Source of the DNA: an uncultured Candidatus Saccharibacteria bacterium
GTDB taxonomy: Bacteria > Patescibacteriota > Minisyncoccia > Portnoybacterales > UBA2143
Reading direction: 5' to 3'
Assembly (NCBI GenBank): GCA_964594965.1
Contig: CAZQMX010000001.1
Location: 25,667 to 89,666, forward strand
Length of the DNA stretch: 64,000 nucleotides
Shown one piece after another: positions 18,849 through 26,506 of this stretch (positions are counted from its first letter, which is position 1; the number at the start of each line of letters is the position of its first letter). The notes under the pieces are model-generated. The model ran no database searches and was not told the DNA's origin. It saw only the letters and a program-made list of their open reading frames with translations. The translations under genes and the position numbers were made by a program.

Positions 18849-18966
18849 GCCAGTGTAGTCCCGATTTTGTTCAAATCTCTGATTTGAATACAAAACCGCG
18901 GATCCTCGAAAATTATAAAATCAAAAGATTTTTAATTTTCGGGACTCAATGAGGTAACATATTCTA

Positions 18967-19038
18967 GCCCATCTAGCTCAACGGTAGAGCAACGCTCTTG
19001 TAAAGCGTAGGTTGTCAGTTCGACTCTGACGATGGGCT
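18967..19038 (+). tRNA. tRNA-Thr (anticodon TGT)
   Basis: Manual cloverleaf: acceptor GCCCATC/GATGGGC, D arm GCTC/GAGC, anticodon loop CTTGTAA, T loop TTCGACT. Confidence 0.8.
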
Positions 19039-19119
19039 CTGGGAGTTCGGGTGGGTTCGCCCTGTCATCCGACAGGGCGCCCCGTCGAATGACGGGGCGA
19101 ATCCTCCCACTGGCTCCAG

Positions 19120-19201
19120 GGGCGGTTCGCATAGCGGCAATTGCTCGAGACTGTAAATCTCGCGTCTTCGGACTTCGCAGGTTCGAGTCCTGCACCGCCC
19201 A
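19120..19201 (+). tRNA. tRNA-Tyr (anticodon GTA), class II with a long variable arm
   Basis: Acceptor GGGCGGT/ACCGCCC, anticodon stem CGAGA/TCTCG with loop CTGTAAA, T loop TTCGAGT. Confidence 0.8.
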
Positions 19202-19267
19202 CGCGTTTTTTATCCAAAACTTGTTTTGGGTATAAAAAAGAGCGTCCCGTCGGATGACGGGACTCAC

Positions 19268-19340
19268 GCCGATGTAGCTCAGTTGGTAGAGCACCTCCAT
19301 GGTAAGGAGTAGGTCGTCGGTTCAAGTCCGACCATCGGCT
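19268..19340 (+). tRNA. tRNA-Thr (anticodon GGT)
   Basis: Acceptor GCCGATG/CATCGGC, D arm GCTC/GAGC, anticodon loop ATGGTAA. Confidence 0.8.
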
Positions 19341-19357
19341 CAGGAAAAGAAAATACT

Positions 19358-19516
19358 ATGCCACAGGATAATATGGTAAAATTTCAGTGCGATGTTTGTA
19401 AGAGAATTAATTATCATTCTCGGAAAAACAGAAAAACAGTTCAAAAGAAATTAGAACTGAAGAAGTTTTGTCGTTGGTGTAAAAAACATACAATTCATAA
19501 AGAGATGAAGAAATAA
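19358..19516 (+). CDS. rpmG: ribosomal protein L33 (not in the ORF track; under 60 aa)
   Basis: [52 protein letters not shown]. Zinc ribbon CxxC...CxxC with the typical L33 motifs. Confidence 0.7.
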   Translation: MPQDNMVKFQCDVCKRINYHSRKNRKTVQKKLELKKFCRWCKKHTIHKEMKK

Positions 19517-19523
19517 TAAGAAA

Positions 19524-19868
19524 ATGACTCCAAACGAATATCAAAAACTTTGTAAAAAACCTGCCAAGAAATATCGCAATAAAGAAAAAGAGATAATGAC
19601 TTGGGGATTGGGCATTGCCGGAGAAGCCGGCGATGTCGCCGGATGTATTAAGAAAACCTATAGCCATGGTCGGGGCAGCGATGAAAAGAAAGGCACCAGA
19701 GAAAACCTTGGTGATACCTTCTGGTATATTGCCATGATTTGTAACTTTTACGGCTGGGACATGGAAAATATTATGAAGGAGAATATTAAGAAACTCCAAA
19801 AAAGACATCCCAAAGGATTCTCCTTAAAAGGATACGGGAAAGTGACAAGAAAAGATTGGAATGAATAA
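19524..19868 (+). CDS. MazG-like nucleoside-triphosphate pyrophosphohydrolase
   Basis: Small all-alpha NTP-PPase with an EAGE-type metal-binding motif (GIAGEAGD...E). Confidence 0.55.
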   Translation: MTPNEYQKLCKKPAKKYRNKEKEIMTWGLGIAGEAGDVAGCIKKTYSHGRGSDEKKGTRENLGDTFWYIAMICNFYGWDMENIMKENIKKLQKRHPKGFSLKGYGKVTRKDWNE

Positions 19869-19872
19869 TATT

Positions 19873-19943
19873 GGGCGCGTCCGTTAATGGTAAACGGCTG
19901 GTCTCCAAAACCAGTCCTGCAGGTTCGAATCCTGCCGCGCCTG
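19873..19943 (+). tRNA. tRNA-Trp (anticodon CCA)
   Basis: Acceptor GGGCGCG/CGCGCCT, anticodon stem CTGGT/ACCAG with loop CTCCAAA, T loop TTCGAAT. Confidence 0.75.
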
Positions 19944-19952
19944 CTGCGTCAA

Positions 19953-19978
19953 GAACCGCTTCGTCAAGCGGTTTTTGA
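19953..19978 (+). terminator. rho-independent terminator after tRNA-Trp
   Basis: AACCGCTT-cgtc-AAGCGGTT followed by TTTTGATTTT. Confidence 0.5.
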
Positions 19979-19984
19979 TTTTAA

Positions 19985-20012
19985 TTTACGAAAATTGACA
20001 AAAGATTATAAT
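19985..20012 (+). promoter_or_regulatory. putative sigma-70 promoter (TTTACG, 16-nt spacer, TATAAT)
   Basis: The hexamers sit 60 nt upstream of the 20075 ATG. A strong GGGAGGTGA ribosome-binding site follows. Confidence 0.35.
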
Positions 20013-20074
20013 AAGATACACTTGTTGTAATCAGTAACTTAACAAAATAATCTTCAGAGGGAGGTGATGAAGGT

Positions 20075-21142
20075 ATGGCTGGTAAACGGAAGCGAAAAAA
20101 ATACACTATCCATTTTGATTGGATTAAAGCCAAGGAAGTTTTCCAAATTATAGCGTCGGAATGGAATAAAAGAGAGAAATCAGGTGTTTATTATGGATTG
20201 GTTCTACCGCAGGATAACTACATATCCTCAGGCCTATCCGAAAAAGAATTAGCCCTTTTCTTTTTTTATGCTGTTCTACCACAACGGGGTAGTATTGACA
20301 GTGAAAGCCCAATGAAAGTTTGGTGGCGTTTCAGAGAAAGAACGCCTGAAGCATTTGATCCCGCCGTAGCGGTAAGAGACTTTTCTCCAGAAACGATTTT
20401 ATTTGGATTAAGAAAGACCATTGGTATAGAAAAAACAAATAAACGCGGTTTTAAACTGGAAGAACTGTCGAGGTTCTGGATTTACAACTCAGCAGAACTT
20501 CTAAAATTCTGGGACGGTGATCCAAGAAATATTTTTTCTAAAGTTAAAGACTTCAAAGAGGCCTTTAAGAGAATCGAGCGTAAGGCAGGCAAAACAATGT
20601 TTAAGGGTATGGGCATGAAAGTTTTTGCCCTACTAACCATTTATTTACAGGAAAGAAATTTAATTCCAATTTTTCCTACACCCTTGCCGCCGGATTTTCA
20701 CACTTTAAGAATATTATGGACGACTGGGATAATAAGGAGGAGTGATTGGATCAAACCTTGTTCTGCGACCAAATATCGTCCAGAACAACTAATTGGCAAG
20801 CCAGCAATTAATGTTGGTCATGGCTTTACAGACATAGTTGCTCTTTGGTCTCAAGGATTTATGGAAAAAAACGGATTTTTTCCCCTGGATATGAATCCGG
20901 CTATCTGGTTCTTGGGCAGGAGATGTAGTAAAAATTTCCAAAATCGCTCAAGAAAAAAAGCCAGTCAATACGCTGATCTGGCTAAATTAAGAAGAAATCC
21001 GAATCTATGGCCCAAGAGTTATAAAGATCTGTGCGCCGCTTGCCCAATTGAGAGGTATTGCAAATGGGCGATTCCCTCAATTCCATATTGGAGGTGGGGA
21101 CTATTAGTTAAACTAGGAAGAGGGGTTCCTTATCAGAAATAG
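20075..21142 (+). CDS. hypothetical protein with a C-terminal Cys cluster (CAACPIERYC)
   Basis: 355 aa, somewhat GC-richer than its neighbours. A C-x2-C-x5-C motif resembles part of an Fe-S cluster loop. No confident family assignment. Confidence 0.3.
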   Translation: MAGKRKRKKYTIHFDWIKAKEVFQIIASEWNKREKSGVYYGLVLPQDNYISSGLSEKELALFFFYAVLPQRGSIDSESPMKVWWRFRERTPEAFDPAVAVRDFSPETILFGLRKTIGIEKTNKRGFKLEELSRFWIYNSAELLKFWDGDPRNIFSKVKDFKEAFKRIERKAGKTMFKGMGMKVFALLTIYLQERNLIPIFPTPLPPDFHTLRILWTTGIIRRSDWIKPCSATKYRPEQLIGKPAINVGHGFTDIVALWSQGFMEKNGFFPLDMNPAIWFLGRRCSKNFQNRSRKKASQYADLAKLRRNPNLWPKSYKDLCAACPIERYCKWAIPSIPYWRWGLLVKLGRGVPYQK

Positions 21143-21175
21143 AGGCTGTTCTGTGAAATTGCAGGACAGCCTTTT
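21143..21175 (+). terminator. hairpin terminator
   Basis: AGGCTGTTCTG...CAGGACAGCCT followed by a T-tract. Confidence 0.4.
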
Positions 21176-21177
21176 AT

Positions 21178-21205
21178 TTGATTCAAAAAACAAGTGTGGT
21201 ATAAT
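21178..21205 (+). promoter_or_regulatory. putative promoter TTGATT, 16-nt spacer, TGgTATAAT
   Basis: Extended -10 element 28 nt upstream of the 21233 ATG. Confidence 0.4.
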
Positions 21206-21232
21206 AAGGGAAATAATTAACCAAATAAAAAC

Positions 21233-22156
21233 ATGGAAACAAACAATCACAATTCACCCAAATACGCCTTTTTATACATGCTTTCTTTAGCAGCCCTGAT
21301 GTTCACCGGCTTTTCAGTCGGCATGATTGCTTTTCAGATAATTAATAAATATGTCCCGGACGCTATTAATCAGTTCAGGCCCAGCTTTGATACCGGAGCG
21401 CTTCGTTTTGCCCTTTCAGCTTTACTAGTAGCAGCGCCGGTATTCTTTATCGTTAACTATTTCATCAACAAAGGTCTTTACAAAGGAGTCCTAACAAAAG
21501 ATTCCGGAGTCAGAAAATGGCTGACATATTTTATTCTCCTGGTCTCTTCGGTTGTTATTCTGGGCTGGTTTATTGGATTGATTAACACTTTTTTGGGAGG
21601 AGAACTAACCCTCAAATTTGCTCTGAAAGCTTTAATTTCAATTATTCTCTCAGCCCTGGCTTTTAGTTTCTATCTCTATGATATCCGTCGTGAAGGCATA
21701 GCAGGGAAGAAAGATGGTGTCGTTAGGATATATTTCTATATCGCCCTGATTATTGTCATCAGCGCCCTATCTTCGGCTTTGGTTTTCGGAGAAAGCCCAA
21801 TGGAAGCCAGAAACAAGAAACTGGACAGCGCAATTTTAAACGACTTCAGCAGCATTAAAAACGCCATAGACCAATATTATAATAGCAATGAGAGCCTGCC
21901 GAAAAATCTATCTGTCTTAGAAGGGGAAGTTGAATTTATGACCCAAGATAGATTAACTGATCCGGAAACGGATTCAAATTACCAATATAATATTTTGAGT
22001 GAAAGTGAATACGAATTATGCGCTAACTTTAGAACTTCCAATCTGGAAGATGACGATGGAATGAACGAATTTTATAGAGAAACCTGGCCGCATCAGAAAG
22101 GCAGGCAGTGCATTGAAAAGAGTGTTGAAGATCCAAAACCCACACCAATCAGATAA
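21233..22156 (+). CDS. hypothetical membrane protein (4 TM N-terminal domain, DUF5671-like) with a soluble Cys-containing C-terminal domain
   Basis: ORF and hydropathy only. N-terminus SPKYAFLYMLSLAAL. Confidence 0.3.
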   Translation: METNNHNSPKYAFLYMLSLAALMFTGFSVGMIAFQIINKYVPDAINQFRPSFDTGALRFALSALLVAAPVFFIVNYFINKGLYKGVLTKDSGVRKWLTYFILLVSSVVILGWFIGLINTFLGGELTLKFALKALISIILSALAFSFYLYDIRREGIAGKKDGVVRIYFYIALIIVISALSSALVFGESPMEARNKKLDSAILNDFSSIKNAIDQYYNSNESLPKNLSVLEGEVEFMTQDRLTDPETDSNYQYNILSESEYELCANFRTSNLEDDDGMNEFYRETWPHQKGRQCIEKSVEDPKPTPIR

Positions 22157-22162
22157 TTAGAA

Positions 22163-22193
22163 AACACCCCGCAGTACTGCGGGGTGTTTTTTG
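22163..22193 (+). terminator. strong rho-independent terminator
   Basis: ACACCCCGCAGTACTGCGGGGTGT followed by TTTTTTG. Confidence 0.6.
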
Positions 22194-22202
22194 TTTCTCC
22201 AC

Positions 22203-22232
22203 TTGTCATTTTCCCTTTACCCATGCTATATT
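22203..22232 (+). promoter_or_regulatory. putative sigma-70 promoter (TTGTCA, 18-nt spacer, TATATT)
   Basis: Hexamers read directly, 11 nt upstream of the uppS ATG. Confidence 0.4.
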
Positions 22233-22242
22233 AAAATAGTTT

Positions 22243-22959
22243 ATGGAAAAAAATCTACCAAAACATATTGTTATTGTCCCGGATGGCAATCGCCGCTGGG
22301 CAAAAAAAAGAAATCTCTCTCCCTGGCGGGGTCATCTGGAAGGAGCTAAAAGGACTGAAGAGTTGGTTCAGGCGGCTTTTGATCTGGGGATTGAATGCCT
22401 TTCTATCTGGGGTGGCTCATTAAATAATTTAACTAAAAGGCCCCGAAGAGAAGTTAACGCTCTGGTCGGGATATATGACAGGTATTTCAAAAAACTAACC
22501 AAAGAGAAGAAAATACATCAGAATAGAGTCAAAATTAATGTCATTGGTCGTTGGCAGAAAGTTTTACCCAAAAAGACTATCGGGATAATCAAGGAATTAA
22601 TTCAGGCAACGAAGGACTATAATCAGTATTCTCTCAATTTTTTCATCGCCTATAACGGTACCGATGAAATGATAGCTGCTATTAAAGGCATAGCCAAAGA
22701 AGGAGGAGAGAATAAAGGTTTGAAGATTACCCCAAAGACCCTGGAAAAACATCTTTGGTCTGGCCACTTGCCACCAGTTGACTTTCTAATCCGGACTGGC
22801 AGCGGCGGAGACCCCCATAACAGCGCTGGCTTTATGATGTGGCACTGCGCCAACAGCCAATTGTATTTTACTGATACTTGTTACCCCGGTTTTAATAAGA
22901 AGGAATTAACTAAAGCAATAAACGATTTTGTTAGGAGACAGAGGCGTTTTGGGAAATAA
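22243..22959 (+). CDS. uppS: undecaprenyl diphosphate synthase (cis-isoprenyl transferase)
   Basis: HIVIVPDGNRRWA signature. Confidence 0.85.
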   Translation: MEKNLPKHIVIVPDGNRRWAKKRNLSPWRGHLEGAKRTEELVQAAFDLGIECLSIWGGSLNNLTKRPRREVNALVGIYDRYFKKLTKEKKIHQNRVKINVIGRWQKVLPKKTIGIIKELIQATKDYNQYSLNFFIAYNGTDEMIAAIKGIAKEGGENKGLKITPKTLEKHLWSGHLPPVDFLIRTGSGGDPHNSAGFMMWHCANSQLYFTDTCYPGFNKKELTKAINDFVRRQRRFGK

Positions 22960-24020
22960 TGGACGGATTTAAACCTTTTTACAAAGTTCTTTCTCAATAT
23001 CAGAAGAAAATAGATTCTGAAATAGAAGTTTTTTTTAGAGAAAAAATTAGGGAAAGTCGATCAGTTTTTAGAGAGGCGACCGAGACAATTAAGATACTGA
23101 GAGATATCAATCTAGGCGGCGGTAAAAGAATCAGGCCGATTTTAGTCAATACCGGATATTTCTTAGCTGGCGGAAAAAACAAGAAAGCTATTTTAGAAGC
23201 GTCTTTGTCTGTAGAATTTATCCATAATTGGTTTTTGATCCACGACGATATTATTGATCAGGACGAATTAAGAAGAGGCAAGCCGTCGCTCCACACTTTT
23301 TATCGGAAAAAGACAGACAATGCTCATATGGGGATTTCTTTGGCAATAGTCGCTGGAGATATTAGCGCGGCCTTAGGGTACCAGGCACTAATCAGTAGCA
23401 GATTCCCAGAAAGACCAAAAGCCAAGGCTCTAAGCATTTTTCATCAGGCAGTGGTCAATACCTGTCACGGCGAAATGTTGGAATTATTTATCAAGGAAAA
23501 CAAAGAGGGACTGACTGAAAGAGATGTCTTGGATGTTTGTAGATATAAGACGGCATATTATACCTTTGTTAATCCTTTGAAAATTGGCGCAGCTTTGGCG
23601 GGGGCGGATAATAAGTTCTTAGAATTGATTGAAAAGTTTGCTCTGCCAATAGGAATCGCTTTTCAAATACAGGATGATATTTTAGGATTGTTTGCCTCTG
23701 AGGAAAAACTAGGCAAACCAATTGCTTCTGATATAGAAGAGAATCAACCCAACCTTTTAATTCTAAAGACTTTAGCCTTGGCTAGTCCCAAAGACAGAAA
23801 AATATTTAGAAAATATTTAGGCAAGGAAGGCGCGAATCAGAAAGATATTAAGGAAATAAGAAGGATAGTCAAAGAAAGCGGAGCTTTGGATTATTGTCAG
23901 AACAAGGCTAGGAAGCTGGTTGAGGGAGCTAAGCCCATGATTTTGAAAATAAAAGCAGCCCAAAAGCAAAAAGAATTCCTCTTAGAGTTGGCAGATTATA
24001 TGGTGGAAAGAAAGTTTTAA
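22959..24020 (+). CDS. trans-polyprenyl diphosphate synthase (IspA/IspB family)
   Basis: First Asp-rich motif IHDDIIDQD and second FQIQDDILG. Confidence 0.75.
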   Translation: MDGFKPFYKVLSQYQKKIDSEIEVFFREKIRESRSVFREATETIKILRDINLGGGKRIRPILVNTGYFLAGGKNKKAILEASLSVEFIHNWFLIHDDIIDQDELRRGKPSLHTFYRKKTDNAHMGISLAIVAGDISAALGYQALISSRFPERPKAKALSIFHQAVVNTCHGEMLELFIKENKEGLTERDVLDVCRYKTAYYTFVNPLKIGAALAGADNKFLELIEKFALPIGIAFQIQDDILGLFASEEKLGKPIASDIEENQPNLLILKTLALASPKDRKIFRKYLGKEGANQKDIKEIRRIVKESGALDYCQNKARKLVEGAKPMILKIKAAQKQKEFLLELADYMVERKF

Positions 24021-24022
24021 TA

Positions 24023-24649
24023 ATGAAGAAATTAATTGACCAGTTAATAGAAGAGAAATATCTTAAAAGCCAGAATATTATTGAGGCCTTCAAAAAAATC
24101 AATCGGGCTGATTTTGTTCCGGATGAGATTATTAACGAAAAAGGAAAGGAATTTGTTCAGGAATACAACGCTCCTTTATCAATTAACCATAATCAAACAA
24201 TTTCCCAACCCTTAACCGTTGCTTTTATGCTTGAGCTCCTGAAGCCAAAAAAAGGGGATAAAATCTTAGACATTGGTTCCGGTTCCGGTTGGCAAACAGC
24301 CATGCTTTGCCAAATTGTCGGAAAAGATGGTTTTGTTTACGCTATCGAAAGAATCAGGGAATTAAAAGAGTTTGGTCAAAAAAATGTTGGCAAGTATGAT
24401 TTTAATAATGTTGAATTCATTTGCGGCGACGGCTCCAAAGGATTAAAAGAAAAAGCTCCTTTTGATAAAATTATTGCCGCCGCCTCGGCAGAAGAAATTC
24501 CGAATTCCTGGAAAGAGCAATTAAAAATTAAAGGGCGACTAGTGACGCCGATTAAATCAAGTATCTGGCTTTTAGTTAAAAAAGGCGAAGATGAATTTGA
24601 AGAAAAGGAATATCCGGGATTTGCCTTTGTCCCGCTAATCAGGGATTAG
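24023..24649 (+). CDS. pcm: protein-L-isoaspartate O-methyltransferase
   Basis: TISQP motif and the SAM-binding motif LDIGSGSGW. Confidence 0.8.
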   Translation: MKKLIDQLIEEKYLKSQNIIEAFKKINRADFVPDEIINEKGKEFVQEYNAPLSINHNQTISQPLTVAFMLELLKPKKGDKILDIGSGSGWQTAMLCQIVGKDGFVYAIERIRELKEFGQKNVGKYDFNNVEFICGDGSKGLKEKAPFDKIIAAASAEEIPNSWKEQLKIKGRLVTPIKSSIWLLVKKGEDEFEEKEYPGFAFVPLIRD

Positions 24650-24688
24650 ACCTCTTCCAAAACAATCCTTTCTACTCCAGATTAAATA

Positions 24689-24794
24689 TTTTGGCTGCAA
24701 ATTGTTCAAACCTCGTCGCCTATACACTAGTATAAGCTCCTCCCTTTTCACAATTTTCGCTCAAAATCTTTAATCTTCGTAACGAAAAATTATC
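24689..24794 (+). promoter_or_regulatory. conserved promoter/leader module upstream of mltG (paralogous to 54797..54902)
   Basis: ATATTTTGGCT...TATACACTAGTATAAG...TTTTCGCTCAAAATCTTTAATCTTCGTAACGAAAAATTATC. An imperfect palindrome can form an AATTTTCG/CGAAAAATT stem. Confidence 0.5.
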
Positions 24795-24808
24795 TTGAAA
24801 GAGGTCTT

Positions 24809-25795
24809 ATGAAAAAACTAATTATCGCCAATAAAAAGAAATTTATCTTTTTTTTCATTTCCGTTTTTCTATTCTCCTTCCTTTTAATTGGTGGGATTTT
24901 GTATGTTAATCTCCAGATTAATATTCCTTTAAGTAATCAAGAGAATCAAAAGAATTTTCTTATTGAAAAAGGCGAAGGATTAAAAGAAGTTGCTCTACAT
25001 TTGGAAGAAAAGGAAATAATCAAAGATGATCTTTGGTTTGTAATTTATGTCTTTTCCAAAGGCCGGGCAGGGAATTTAATGGCAGGGGAATATTTATTAA
25101 GCCCTTCCTTGACTATTCCTGAAATAACTCAGAAGATTACTTACGGAAACGCTCTTTCAACTGAAATTGAAGTTGTTATTCCAGAAGGGTTTACTCTAAG
25201 AAAAATTGATGCTCGTCTGGCTGCTAATGGTCTAATTAAGGAAGGCAATCTAATGGCTTCTTCAAGAAAACTAGAAGGATATTTATTCCCTGACACTTAT
25301 CGATTTGAAAAGGAATCCACTCTAAATGAAATTATTGATAAAATGACCGATAATTTTAACAAGAAGGTTAATCAGGAATTAAGGGATGAAATCACCAGAC
25401 AAGGAAAAACACTAGACGAGATAATCATTATGGCCAGTTTAATTGAAAAGGAAGTTCCGATTTACGAAGACAGGCGAATTGTTTCAGGAATATTCTGGAA
25501 TCGGATTAGAGATAATTATCCGCTTCAATCCTGCGCTACAATTGCCTACATCCTAGATATTGATAAATGGAAATATTCAACTGAGGATACCAAGGTTGAT
25601 TCGCCTTATAATACGTATAAATACAAAGGGCTACCGCCTAATCCAATTAACAATCCGGGACTTTCGGCAATTAAAGCCGCGATTTATCCAACAGAAACAG
25701 ATTACTATTTCTTCCTCTCCGCTCCGGACGGAACAACTATCTTTTCGAAAACAAACGAAGAACATAATGAGAATAAGGCCAAGTATTTGAATTAG
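24809..25795 (+). CDS. mltG: endolytic murein transglycosylase MltG (YceG family)
   Basis: N-terminal TM helix and YceG motifs EGYLFPDTYRF, YNTYKYKGLPP.PI.NPG. Confidence 0.75.
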   Translation: MKKLIIANKKKFIFFFISVFLFSFLLIGGILYVNLQINIPLSNQENQKNFLIEKGEGLKEVALHLEEKEIIKDDLWFVIYVFSKGRAGNLMAGEYLLSPSLTIPEITQKITYGNALSTEIEVVIPEGFTLRKIDARLAANGLIKEGNLMASSRKLEGYLFPDTYRFEKESTLNEIIDKMTDNFNKKVNQELRDEITRQGKTLDEIIIMASLIEKEVPIYEDRRIVSGIFWNRIRDNYPLQSCATIAYILDIDKWKYSTEDTKVDSPYNTYKYKGLPPNPINNPGLSAIKAAIYPTETDYYFFLSAPDGTTIFSKTNEEHNENKAKYLN

Positions 25796-25824
25796 TTCGA
25801 GTCCGGTTAGAGGAGCCCTGATAC

Positions 25825-25850
25825 AAACCGCACGGTTGCGCGGTTTTTTT
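25825..25850 (+). terminator. rho-independent terminator after mltG
   Basis: AACCGC-acggttgc-GCGGTT followed by TTTTT. Confidence 0.45.
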
Positions 25851-26290
25851 CGTACCGAGGGCAGGACATTTCGGGGGTGTTCGAACCTATTGAATTTTAA
25901 TTGAAAATAGATTATCTTTTTATTAAGAAATAGATATCTTGTATAAAATCCGGTAACTTTGAGCAACGTCATAGCCTCAAAAGAGGACTGGCGAAAAGTA
26001 CGAATTCTTTTTGTGGTCTATGCGACTTTGAAAAAGTTTATGGGCTTTCCAAAAGTGGTCACGAAAATTTAAGGGGGTGCTACCATAAATAGCTCGTTGA
26101 TATAGTTGTCCGGAAACCAAATCCCTCCTGGATATCTATTTCTTAAAATCAAAGAAGAGAGATTGCGTTTTTCTCTCTTCTTTTCTGTTCAACAAATAAG
26201 TTCGAAAGTCGTCCCATCGGGGGAGCCAGATTATCAAGATTCAAACCGAGACTTGACAAGGCCCTATAAATGAAATAAGATTTATGTAGC

Positions 26291-26352
26291 TGTAGACAAT
26301 AGGTGGCTTTGGCGGAAATCCTATCGAGGCGAGTGCCTTTTAATTGTCTACA
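26291..26352 (+). ncRNA. candidate structured RNA element: 10-bp stem TGTAGACAAT/ATTGTCTACA enclosing 42 nt
   Basis: Perfect inverted repeat inside the ~730-bp ORF-free region. Identity unknown. Confidence 0.25.
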
Positions 26353-26426
26353 TATTCGTAGGCATTTTTAATTTTTTGTCTGAATTTTAGAGCCGTAGGC
26401 GAATAAAATTTAGGAACAAAACATTA

Positions 26427-26506
26427 ACCCGCCCAAATTTTCGCGGAGCGAAAAATTGTGGCGGGTGCTCAATTCTGATAACTAAAAATTCTTCTTCGCC
26501 CAGGGC
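26427..26506 (+). promoter_or_regulatory. candidate rplJ (L10) leader: long hairpin CCCGCCCAAATTTTCGC-GGAG-GCGAAAAATTGTGGCGGG, then a TTCGCCC-AG-GGCGAA hairpin with a T-tract
   Basis: Two strong hairpins read directly, 25-105 nt upstream of the rplJ ATG. L10-L12 autoregulatory leaders are known in many bacteria. Assignment is an inference. Confidence 0.35.

Noticed and set aside
18932-19325. Minus-strand ORFs 18932..19300 and 19065..19325 from the ORF track
   Set aside because: They lie antisense across three tRNA genes and the GC-rich tRNA trailers. These are spurious ORFs created by GC-rich structured DNA.
25796-25830. tRNA fragment suggested by GTTCGAGTCC just after mltG
   Set aside because: A T-loop-like heptamer is present, but no 5-bp T stem, acceptor stem or anticodon arm can be formed around it.
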